Of a stretch of 64,000 nucleotides of DNA, positions 52,101-64,000 are shown one piece after another (the first letter of the stretch is position 1; each line of letters starts with the position of its first letter). The translations under genes and the position numbers were made by a program. Under the pieces are notes generated by a model. That model made no database searches, was not told the DNA's origin, and was given only the letters and a program-made list of their open reading frames with translations. Origin of the DNA: Yuukianura sp. NJ FZ-2021 (Eukaryota); assembly GCA_046563655.1 (NCBI GenBank), contig CM102283.1, forward strand, positions 4,526,001 to 4,590,000, written 5' to 3'.

Positions 52101-55100
52101 CTAAGGCTATACAGACACATCTAAGTCCATTCTAACGGTATTGTACAATGGTGTTTGATATGCCGCCTTCTATTTTAGGAATAGTTTCGCTTGTGTTTTA
52201 AGTTGAAATTAGATATGCTTTGGAACAGCTATTTTATTAAAACCCGCTTGCATTTGGACAAAGAGTAAAGCGGATTTTTTCCCAAAATTTCTGAGTGCGA
52301 CCACTAGATTCTAAGGCTATACAGACACATCTAAGTCCATTCTAACGGTATTGTACAATGGTGTTTGATATGCCGCCTTCTATTTTAGGAATAGTTTCGC
52401 TTGTGTTTTAAGTTGAAATTAGATATGCTTTGGAACAGCTATTTTATTAAAACCCGCTTGCATTTGGACAAAGAGTAAAGCGGATTTTTTTCAAAATTTC
52501 TGAGTGCGACCACTAGATTCTAAGGCTATACAGACACATCTAATTCCATTCTAACGGTATTGTACAATGGTGTTTGATATGCCGCCTTCTATTTTAGGAA
52601 TAGTTTCGCTTGTGTTTTAAGTTGAAATTAGATATGCTTTGGAACAGCTATTTTATTAAAACCCGCTTGCATTTGGACAAAGAGTAAAGCGGATTTTTTT
52701 TCAAAATTTCTGAGTGCGACCACTAGATTCTAAGGCTATACAGACACATCTAATTCCATTCTAACGGTATTGTACAATGGTGTTTGATATGCCGCCTTCT
52801 ATTTTAGGAATAGTTTCGCTTGTGTTTTAAGTTGAAATTAGATATGCTTTGGAACAGCTATTTTATTAAAACCCGCTTGCATTTGGACAAAGAGTAAAGC
52901 GGATTTTTTTTTCAAAATTTCTGAGTGCGACCACTAGATTCTAAGGCTATACAGACACATCTAAGTCCATTCTAACGGTATTGTACAATGGTGTTTGATA
53001 TGCCGCCTTCTATTTTAGGAATAGTTTCGCTTGTGTTTTAAGTTGAAATTAGATATGCTTTGGAACAGCTATTTTATTAAAACCCGCTTGCATTTGGACA
53101 AAGAGTAAAGCGGATTTTTTTTTCAAAATTTCTGAGTGCGACCACTAGATTCTAAGGCTATACAGACACATCTAAGTCCATTCTAACGGTATTGTACAAT
53201 GGTGTTTGATATGCCGCCTTCTATTTTAGGAATAGTTTCGCTTGTGTTTTAAGTTGAAATTAGATATGCTTTGGAACAGCTATTTTATTAAAACCCGCTT
53301 GCATTTGGACAAAGAGTAAAGCGGATTTTTTTCCAAAATTTCTGAGTGCGACCACTAGATTCTAAGGCTATACAGACACATCTAAGTCCATTCTAACGGT
53401 ATTGTACAATGGTGTTTGATATGCCGCCTTCTATTTTAGGAATAGTTTCGCTTGTGTTTTAAGTTGAAATTAGATATGCTTTGGAACAGCTATTTTATTA
53501 AAACCCGCTTGCATTTGGACAAAGAGTAAAGCGGATTTTTTTCCAAAATTTCTGAGTGCGACCACTAGATTCTAAGGCTATACAGACACATCTAAGTCCA
53601 TTCTAACGGTATTGTACAATGGTGTTTGATATGCCGCCTTCTATTTTAGGAATAGTTTCGCTTGTGTTTTAAGTTGAAATTAGATATGCTTTGGAACAGC
53701 TATTTTATTAAAACCCGCTTGCATTTGGACAAAGAGTAAAGCGGATTTTTTTCCAAAATTTCTGAGTGCGACCACTAGATTCTAAGGCTATACAGACACA
53801 TCTAAGTCCATTCTAACGGTATTGTACAATGGTGTTTGATATGCCGCCTTCTATTTTAGGAATAGTTTCGCTTGTGTTTTAAGTTGAAATTAGATATGCT
53901 TTGGAACAGCTATTTTATTAAAACCCGCTTGCATTTGGACAAAGAGTAAAGCGGATTTTTTTCCAAAATTTCTGAGTGCGACCACTAGATTCTAAGGCTA
54001 TACAGACACATCTAAGTCCATTCTAACGGTATTGTACAATGGTGTTTGATATGCCGCCTTCTATTTTAGGAATAGTTTCGCTTGTGTTTTAAGTTGAAAT
54101 TAGATATGCTTTGGAACAGCTATTTTATTAAAACCCGCTTGCATTTGGACAAAGAGTAAAGCGGATTTTTTTCCAAAATTTCTGAGTGCGACCACTAGAT
54201 TCTAAGGCTATACAGACACATCTAAGTCCATTCTAACGGTATTGTACAATGGTGTTTGATATGCCGCCTTCTATTTTAGGAATAGTTTCGCTTGTGTTTT
54301 AAGTTGAAATTAGATATGCTTTGGAACAGCTATTTTATTAAAACCCGCTTGCATTTGGACAAAGAGTAAAGCGGATTTTTTTCCAAAATTTCTGAGTGCG
54401 ACCACTAGATTCTAAGGCTATACAGACACAGCTAAGTCCATTCTAACGGTATTGTACAATGGTGTTTGATATGCCGCCTTCTATTTTAGGAATAGTTTCG
54501 CTTGTGTTTTAAGTTGAAATTAGATATGCTTTGGAACAGCTATTTTATTAAAACCCGCTTGCATTTGGACAAAGAGTAAAGCGGATTTTTTTCCAAAATT
54601 TCTGAGTGCGACCACTAGATTCTAAGGCTATACAGACACATCTAAGTCCATTCTAACGGTATTGTACAATGGTGTTTGATATGCCGCCTTCTATTTTAGG
54701 AATAGTTTCGCTTGTGTTTTAAGTTGAAATTAGATATGCTTTGGAACAGCTATTTTATTAAAACCCGCTTGCATTTGGACAAAGAGTAAAGCGGATTTTT
54801 TCCCAAAATTTCTGAGTGCGACCACTAGATTCTAAGGCTATACAGACACATCTAAGTCCATTCTAACGGTATTGTACAATGGTGTTTGATATGCCGCCTT
54901 CTATTTTAGGAATAGTTTCGCTTGTGTTTTAAGTTGAAATTAGATATGCTTTGGAACAGCTATTTTATTAAAACCCGCTTGCATTTGGACAAAGAGTAAA
55001 GCGGATTTTTTTCCAAAATTTCTGAGTGCGACCACTAGATTCTAAGGCTATACAGACACATCTAAGTCCATTCTAACGGTATTGTACAATGGTGTTTGAT

Positions 55101-58100
55101 ATGCCGCCTTCTATTTTAGGAATAGTTTCGCTTGTGTTTTAAGTTGAAATTAGATATGCTTTGGAACAGCTATTTTATTAAAACCCGCTTGCATTTGGAC
55201 AAAGAGTAAAGCGGATTTTTTTTTCAAAATTTCTGAGTGCGACCACTAGATTCTAAGGCTATACAGACACATCTAATTCCATTCTAACGGTATTGTACAA
55301 TGGTGTTTGATATGCCGCCTTCTATTTTAGGAATAGTTTCGCTTGTGTTTTAAGTTGAAATTAGATATGCTTTGGAACAGCTATTTTATTAAAACCCGCT
55401 TGCATTTGGACAAAGAGTAAAGCGGATTTTTTTCAAAATTTCTGAGTGCGACCACTAGATTCTAAGGCTATACAGACACATCTAATTCCATTCTAACGGT
55501 ATTGTACAATGGTGTTTGATATGCCGCCTTCTATTTTAGGAATAGTTTCGCCTGTGTTTTAAGTTGAAATTAGATATGCTTTGGAACAGCTATTTTATTA
55601 AAACCCGCTTGCATTTGGACAAAGAGTAAAGCGGATTTTTTTTTCAAAATTTCTGAGTGCGACCACTAGATTCTAAGGCTATACAGACACATCTAAGTCC
55701 ATTCTAACGGTATTGTACAATGGTGTTTGATATGCCGCCTTCTATTTTAGGAATAGTTTCGCTTGTGTTTTAAGTTGAAATTAGATATGCTTTGGAACAG
55801 CTATTTTATTAAAACCCGCTTGCATTTGGACAAAGAGTAAAGCGGATTTTTTTTTCAAAATTTCTGAGTGCGACCACTAGATTCTAAGGCTATACAGACA
55901 CATCTAAGTCCATTCTAACGGTATTGTACAATGGTGTTTGATATGCCGCCTTCTATTTTAGGAATAGTTTCGCTTGTGTTTTAAGTTGAAATTAGATATG
56001 CTTTGGAACAGCTATTTTATTAAAACCCGCTTGCATTTGGACAAAGAGTAAAGCGGATTTTTTTCCAAAATTTCTGAGTGCGACCACTAGATTCTAAGGC
56101 TATACAGACACATCTAAGTCCATTCTAACGGTATTGTACAATGGTGTTTGATATGCCGCCTTCTATTTTAGGAATAGTTTCGCTTGTGTTTTAAGTTGAA
56201 ATTAGATATGCTTTGGAACAGCTATTTTATTAAAACCCGCTTGCATTTGGACAAAGAGTAAAGCGGATTTTTTTCCAAAATTTCTGAGTGCGACCACTAG
56301 ATTCTAAGGCTATACAGACACAGCTAAGTCCATTCTAACGGTATTGTACAATGGTGTTTGATATGCCGCCTTCTATTTTAGGAATAGTTTCGCTTGTGTT
56401 TTAAGTTGAAATTAGATATGCTTTGGAACAGCTATTTTATTAAAACCCGCTTGCATTTGGACAAAAAGTAAAGCGGATTTTTTTCCAAAATTTCTGAGTG
56501 CGACCACTAGATTCTAAGGCTATACAGACACAGCTAAGTCCATTCTAACGGTATTGTACAATGGTGTTTGATATGCCGCCTTCTATTTTAGGAATAGTTT
56601 CGCTTGTGTTTTAAGTTGAAATTAGATATGCTTTGGAACAGCTATTTTATTAAAACCCGCTTGCATTTGGACAAAGAGTAAAGCGGATTTTTTTCCAAAA
56701 TTTCTGAGTGCGACCACTAGATTCTAAGGCTATACAGACACAGCTAAGTCCATTCTAACGGTATTGTACAATGGTGTTTGATATGCCGCCTTCTATTTTA
56801 GGAATAGTTTCGCTTGTGTTTTAAGTTGAAATTAGATATGCTTTGGAACAGCTATTTTATTAAAACCCGCTTGCATTTGGACAAAGAGTAAAGCGGATTT
56901 TTTTCCAAAATTTCTGAGTGCGACCACTAGATTCTAAGGCTATACAGACACAGCTAAGTCCATTCTAACGGTATTGTACAATGGTGTTTGATATGCCGCC
57001 TTCTATTTTAGGAATAGTTTCGCTTGTGTTTTAAGTTGAAATTAGATATGCTTTGGAACAGCTATTTTATTAAAACCCGCTTGCATTTGGACAAAGAGTA
57101 AAGCGGATTTTTTTCCAAAATTTCTGAGTGCGACCACTAGATTCTAAGGCTATACAGACACATCTAAGTCCATTCTAACGGTATTGTACAATGGTGTTTG
57201 ATATGCCGCCTTCTATTTTAGGAATAGTTTCGCTTGTGTTTTAAGTTGAAATTAGATATGCTTTGGAACAGCTATTTTATTAAAACCCGCTTGCATTTGG
57301 ACAAAGAGTAAAGCGGATTTTTTTCCAAAATTTCTGAGTGCGACCACTAGATTCTAAGGCTATACAGACACATCTAAGTCCATTCTAACGGTATTGTACA
57401 ATGGTGTTTGATATGCCGCCTTCTATTTTAGGAATAGTTTCGCTTGTGTTTTAAGTTGAAATTAGATATGCTTTGGAACAGCTATTTTATTAAAACCCGC
57501 TTGCATTTGGACAAAGAGTAAAGCGGATTTTTTTCCAAAATTTCTGAGTGCGACCACTAGATTCTAAGGCTATACAGACACATCTAAGTCCATTCTAACG
57601 GTATTGTACAATGGTGTTTGATATGCCGCCTTCTATTTTAGGAATAGTTTCGCTTGTGTTTTAAGTTGAAATTAGATATGCTTTGGAACAGCTATTTTAT
57701 TAAAACCCGCTTGCATTTGGACAAAAAGTAAAGCGGATTTTTTTCCAAAATTTCTGAGTGCGACCACTAGATTCTAAGGCTATACAGACACAGCTAAGTC
57801 CATTCTAACGGTATTGTACAATGGTGTTTGATATGCCGCCTTCTATTTTAGGAATAGTTTCGCTTGTGTTTTAAGTTGAAATTAGATATGCTTTGGAACA
57901 GCTATTTTATTAAAACCCGCTTGCATTTGGACAAAGAGTAAAGCGGATTTTTTTTTCAAAATTTCTGAGTGCGACCACTAGATTCTAAGGCTATACAGAC
58001 ACATCTAAGTCCATTCTAACGGTATTGTACAATGGTGTTTGATATGCCGCCTTCTATTTTAGGAATAGTTTCGCTTGTGTTTTAAGTTGAAATTAGATAT

Positions 58101-61100
58101 GCTTTGGAACAGCTATTTTATTAAAACCCGCTTGCATTTGGACAAAGAGTAAAGCGGATTTTTTTCAAAATTTCTGAGTGCGACCACTAGATTCTAAGGC
58201 TATACAGACACATCTAATTCCATTCTAACGGTATTGTACAATGGTGTTTGATATGCCGCCTTCTATTTTAGGAATAGTTTCGCTTGTGTTTTAAGTTGAA
58301 ATTAGATATGCTTTGGAACAGCTATTTTATTAAAACCCGCTTGCATTTGGACAAAGAGTAAAGCGGATTTTTTTTTCAAAATTTCTGAGTGCGACCACTA
58401 AATTCTAAGGCTATACAGACACATCTAATTCCATTCTAACGGTATTGTACAATGGTGTTTGATATGCCGCCTTCTATTTTAGGAATAGTTTCGCTTGTGT
58501 TTTAAGTTGAAATTAGATATGCTTTGGAACAGCTATTTTATTAAAACCCGCTTGCATTTGGACAAAGAGTAAAGCGGATTTTTTTCCAAAATTTCTGAGT
58601 GCGACCACTAGATTCTAAGGCTATACAGACACATCTAAGTCCATTCTAACGGTATTGTACAATGGTGTTTGATATGCCGCCTTCTATTTTAGGAATAGTT
58701 TCGCTTGTGTTTTAAGTTGAAATTAGATATGCTTTGGAACAGCTATTTTATTAAAACCCGCTTGCATTTGGACAAAGAGTAAAGCGGATTTTTTTTCAAA
58801 ATTTCTGAGTGCGACCACTAAATTCTAAGGCTATACAGACACATCTAATTCCATTCTAAAGCTATTATACAATGGTGTTTGATATGCCGCTTTTTAGTTT
58901 AGGAACAGTTTCGCTTGTGTTTTAAGTTGAAATTAGATATGCTTTGGAACAGCTATTTTATTAAAACCCGCTTGCATTTGGACAAAAAGTAAAGCGGATT
59001 TTTTTCCAAAATTTCTGAGTGCGACCACTAGATTCTAAGGCTATACAGACACAGCTAAGTCCATTCTAACGGTATTGTACAATGGTGTTTGATATGCCGC
59101 CTTCTATTTTAGGAATAGTTTCGCTTGTGTTTTAAGTTGAAATTAGATATGCTTTGGAACAGCTATTTTATTAAAACCCGCTTGCATTTGGACAAAAAGT
59201 AAAGCGGATTTTTTTCCAAAATTTCTGAGTGCGACCACTAGATTCTAAGGCTATACAGACACATCTAAGTCCATTCTAACGGTATTGTACAATGGTGTTT
59301 GATATGCCGCCTTCTATTTTAGGAATAGTTTCGCTTGTGTTTTAAGTTGAAATTAGATATGCTTTGGAACAGCTATTTTATTAAAACCCGCTTGCATTTG
59401 GACAAATAGTAAAGCGGATTTTTTTCCAAAATTTCTGAGTGCGACCACTAGATTCTAAGGCTATACAGACACAGCTAAGTCCATTCTAACGGTATTGTAC
59501 AATGGTGTTTGATATGCCGCCTTCTATTTTAGGAATAGTTTCGCTTGTGTTTTAAGTTGAAATTAGATATGCTTTGGAACAGCTATTTTATTAAAACCCG
59601 CTTGCATTTGGACAAAAAGTAAAGCGGATTTTTTTCCAAAATTTCTGAGTGCGACCACTAGATTCTAAGGCTATACAGACACAGCTAAGTCCATTCTAAC
59701 GGTATTGTACAATGGTGTTTGATATGCCGCCTTCTATTTTAGGAATAGTTTCGCTTGTGTTTTAAGTTGAAATTAGATATGCTTTGGAACAGCTATTTTA
59801 TTAAAACCCGCTTGCATTTGGACAAAAAGTAAAGCGGATTTTTTTCCAAAATTTCTGAGTGCGACCACTAGATTCTAAGGCTATACAGACACAGCTAAGT
59901 CCATTCTAACGGTATTGTACAATGGTGTTTGATATGCCGCCTTCTATTTTAGGAATAGTTTCGCTTGTGTTTTAAGTTGAAATTAGATATGCTTTGGAAC
60001 AGCTATTTTATTAAAACCCGCTTGCATTTGGACAAAGAGTAAAGCGGATTTTTTTTCCAAAATTTCTGAGTGCGACCACTAGATTCTAAGGCTATACAGA
60101 CACATCTAATTCCATTCTAACGGTATTGTACAATGGTGTTTGATATGCCGCCTTCTATTTTAGGAATAGTTTCGCTTGTGTTTTAAGTTGAAATTAGATA
60201 TGCTTTGGAACAGCTATTTTATTAAAACCCGCTTGCATTTGGACAAAGAGTAAAGCGGATTTTTTTTCAAAATTTCTGAGTGCGACCACTAGATTCTAAG
60301 GCTATACAGACACATCTAATTCCATTCTAACGGTATTGTACAATGGTGTTTGATATGCCGCCTTCTATTTTAGGAATAGTTTCGCCTGTGTTTTAAGTTG
60401 AAATTAGATATGCTTTGGAACAGCTATTTTATTAAAACCCGCTTGCATTTGGACAAAGAGTAAAGCGGATTTTTTTTTCAAAATTTCTGAGTGCGACCAC
60501 TAAATTCTAAGGCTATACAGACACATCTAAGTCCATTCTAACGGTATTGTACAATGGTGTTTGATATGCCGCCTTCTATTTTAGGAATAGTTTCGCTTGT
60601 GTTTTAAGTTGAAATTAGATATGCTTTGGAACAGCTATTTTATTAAAACCCGCTTGCATTTGGACAAAGAGTAAAGCGGATTTTTTTCCAAAATTTCTGA
60701 GTGCGACCACTAGATTCTAAGGCTATACAGACACAGCTAAGTCCATTCTAACGGTATTGTACAATGGTGTTTGATATGCCGCCTTCTATTTTAGGAATAG
60801 TTTCGCTTGTGTTTTAAGTTGAAATTAGATATGCTTTGGAACAGCTATTTTATTAAAACCCGCTTGCATTTGGACAAAAAGTAAAGCGGATTTTTTTCCA
60901 AAATTTCTGAGTGCGACCACTAGATTCTAAGGCTATACAGACACAGCTAAGTCCATTCTAACGGTATTGTACAATGGTGTTTGATATGCCGCCTTCTATT
61001 TTAGGAATAGTTTCGCTTGTGTTTTAAGTTGAAATTAGATATGCTTTGGAACAGCTATTTTATTAAAACCCGCTTGCATTTGGACAAAGAGTAAAGCGGA

Positions 61101-64000
61101 TTTTTTTTTCAAAATTTCTGAGTGCGACCACTAGATTCTAAGGCTATACAGACACATCTAATTCCATTCTAACGGTATTGTACAATGGTGTTTGATATGC
61201 CGCCTTCTATTTTAGGAATAGTTTCGCTTGTGTTTTAAGTTGAAATTAGATATGCTTTGGAACAGCTATTTTATTAAAACCCGCTTGCATTTGGACAAAG
61301 AGTAAAGCGGATTTTTTTTTCAAAATTTCTGAGTGCGACCACTAGATTCTAAGGCTATACAGACACATCTAAGTCCATTCTAACGGTATTGTACAATGGT
61401 GTTTGATATGCCGCCTTCTATTTTAGGAATAGTTTCGCCTGTGTTTTAAGTTGAAGTTAGATATGCTTTGGAACAGCTATTTTATTAAAACCCGCTTGCA
61501 TTTGGACAAAGAGTAAAGCGGATTTTTTTCCAAAATTTCTGAGTGCGACCACTAGATTCTAAGGCTATACAGACACATCTAAGTCCATTCTAACGGTATT
61601 GTACAATGGTGTTTGATATGCCGCCTTCTATTTTAGGAATAGTTTCGCTTGTGTTTTAAGTTGAAATTAGATATGCTTTGGAACAGCTATTTTATTAAAA
61701 CCCGCTTGCATTTGGACAAAGAGTAAAGCGGATTTTTTTCCAAAATTTCTGAGTGCGACCACTAGATTCTAAGGCTATACAGACACATCTAAGTCCATTC
61801 TAACGGTATTGTACAATGGTGTTTGATATGCCGCCTTCTATTTTAGGAATAGTTTCGCTTGTGTTTTAAGTTGAAATTAGATATGCTTTGGAACAGCTAT
61901 TTTATTAAAACCCGCTTGCATTTGGACAAAGAGTAAAGCGGATTTTTTCCCAAAATTTCTGAGTGCGACCACTAGATTCTAAGGCTATACAGACACAGCT
62001 AAGTCCATTCTAACGGTATTGTACAATGGTGTTTGATATGCCGCCTTCTATTTTAGGAATAGTTTCGCTTGTGTTTTAAGTTGAAATTAGATATGCTTTG
62101 GAACAGCTATTTTATTAAAACCCGCTTGCATTTGGACAAAAAGTAAAGCGGATTTTTTTCCAAAATTTCTGAGTGCGACCACTAGATTCTAAGGCTATAC
62201 AGACACAGCTAAGTCCATTCTAACGGTATTGTACAATGGTGTTTGATATGCCGCCTTCTATTTTAGGAATAGTTTCGCTTGTGTTTTAAGTTGAAATTAG
62301 ATATGCTTTGGAACAGCTATTTTATTAAAACCCGCTTGCATTTGGACAAAGAGTAAAGCGGATTTTTTTTTCAAAATTTCTGAGTGCGACCACTAGATTC
62401 TAAGGCTATACAGACACATCTAATTCCATTCTAACGGTATTGTACAATGGTGTTTGATATGCCGCCTTCTATTTTAGGAATAGTTTCGCTTGTGTTTTAA
62501 GTTGAAATTAGATATGCTTTGGAACAGCTATTTTATTAAAACCCGCTTGCATTTGGACAAAGAGTAAAGCGGATTTTTTTTTCAAAATTTCTGAGTGCGA
62601 CCACTAGATTCTAAGGCTATACAGACACATCTCATTCCATTCTAACGCTATTACACAATGGTGTTTGATATGCCGCCTTTTAGTTTAGGAATAGTTTCGC
62701 TTGTGTTTTAAGTTGAAATTAGATATGCTTTGGAACAGCTATTTTATTAAAACCCGCTTGCATTTGGACAAAAAGTAAAGCGGATTTTTTTCCAAAATTT
62801 CTGAGTGCGACCACTAGATTCTAAGGCTATACAGACACAGCTAAGTCCATTCTAACGGTATTGTACAATGGTGTTTGATATGCCGCCTTCTATTTTAGGA
62901 ATAGTTTCGCTTGTGTTTTAAGTTGAAATTAGATATGCTTTGGAACAGCTATTTTATTAAAACCCGCTTGCATTTGGACAAAAAGTAAAGCGGATTTTTT
63001 TCCAAAATTTCTGAGTGCGACCACTAGATTCTAAGGCTATACAGACACAGCTAAGTCCATTCTAACGGTATTGTACAATGGTGTTTGATATGCCGCCTTC
63101 TATTTTAGGAATAGTTTCGCTTGTGTTTTAAGTTGAAATTAGATATGCTTTGGAACAGCTATTTTATTAAAACCCGCTTGCATTTGGACAAAGAGTAAAG
63201 CGGATTTTTTTTCCAAAATTTCTGAGTGCGACCACTAGATTCTAAGGCTATACAGACACATCTAAGTCCATTCTAACGGTATTGTACAATGGTGTTTGAT
63301 ATGCCGCCTTCTATTTTAGGAATAGTTTCGCCTGTGTTTTAAGTTGAAGTTAGATATGCTTTGGAACAGCTATTTTATTAAAACCCGCTTGCATTTGGAC
63401 AAAGAGTAAAGCGGATTTTTTTTTCAAAATTTCTGAGTGCGACCACTAGATTCTAAGGCTATACAGACACATCTAAGTCCATTCTAACGGTATTGTACAA
63501 TGGTGTTTGATATGCCGCCTTCTATTTTAGGAATAGTTTCGCTTGTGTTTTAAGTTGAAATTAGATATGCTTTGGAACAGCTATTTTATTAAAACCCGCT
63601 TGCATTTGGACAAAGAGTAACGCGGGTTTTTTTCCAAAATTTCTGAGTGCGACCACTAGATTCTAAGGCTATACAGACACATCTAATTCCATTCTAACGG
63701 TATTGTACAATGGTGTTTGATATGCCGCCTTCTATTTTAGGAATAGTTTCGCTTGTGTTTTAAGTTGAAATTAAATATGCTTTGGAACAGCTATTTTATT
63801 AAAACCCGCTTGCATTTGGACAAAGAGTAAAGCGGATTTTTTTTCAAAATTTCTGAGTGCGACCACTAAATTCTAAGGCTATACAGACACATCTAAGTCC
63901 ATTCTAACGGTATTGTACAATGGTGTTTGATATGCCGCCTTCTATTTTAGGAATAGTTTCGCTTGTGTTTTAAGTTGAAATTAGATATGCTTTGGAACAG

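Larger units (their letters stand above)
6507..64000. repeat. 210-bp AT-rich satellite DNA array (~230 monomers), all head-to-tail, running off the window end
   Basis: Monomer ACAGACACATCTAAGTCCATTCTAACGG...GAGTGCGACCACTAGATTCTAAGGCTAT recurs with period 210 (e.g. 6931 and 7141), varying by 1-2 nt in a T-run. Copy number estimated from length. Confidence 0.98.

Noticed and set aside
6507-64000. CRISPR array or tandem RNA gene cluster (5S, tRNA, SL RNA)
   Set aside because: No unique spacers and no recognisable 5S/tRNA boxes. The minus strand has an Sm-like AATTTTGG and a GGTTTTAA, but no leader followed by a GT donor in the right arrangement.

Overview
Eukaryotic, probably metazoan, heterochromatin-like window with no prokaryotic features. 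Positions 1-6506 look like a rearranged Polinton/Maverick-like fragment. It includes a ~99% identical head-to-head palindrome (1-1574 / 1721-3296) that duplicates a zinc-finger + A32/FtsK-like packaging ATPase gene. That gene is split by a 735-bp insertion carrying a Tc1/mariner transposase remnant; removing the insertion restores a ~552-aa ORF. The fragment also has a convergent orphan ORF and a TCTACT end that abuts the satellite. Positions 6507-64000 are a 210-bp satellite array (~230 monomers, estimated) that shows a ~4-mer higher-order pattern on the left and is nearly homogeneous on the right. The array is interrupted by one 5'-truncated CRE-like non-LTR retrotransposon and by three copies of a ~2.8-kb non-autonomous LTR element (175-bp LTRs, tRNA-iMet PBS, ATGC TSD). 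All three LTR copies sit at the same nucleotide of the monomer in the same orientation, which suggests a satellite-targeted retroelement. All family assignments come from motif recognition by eye; no searches were run.
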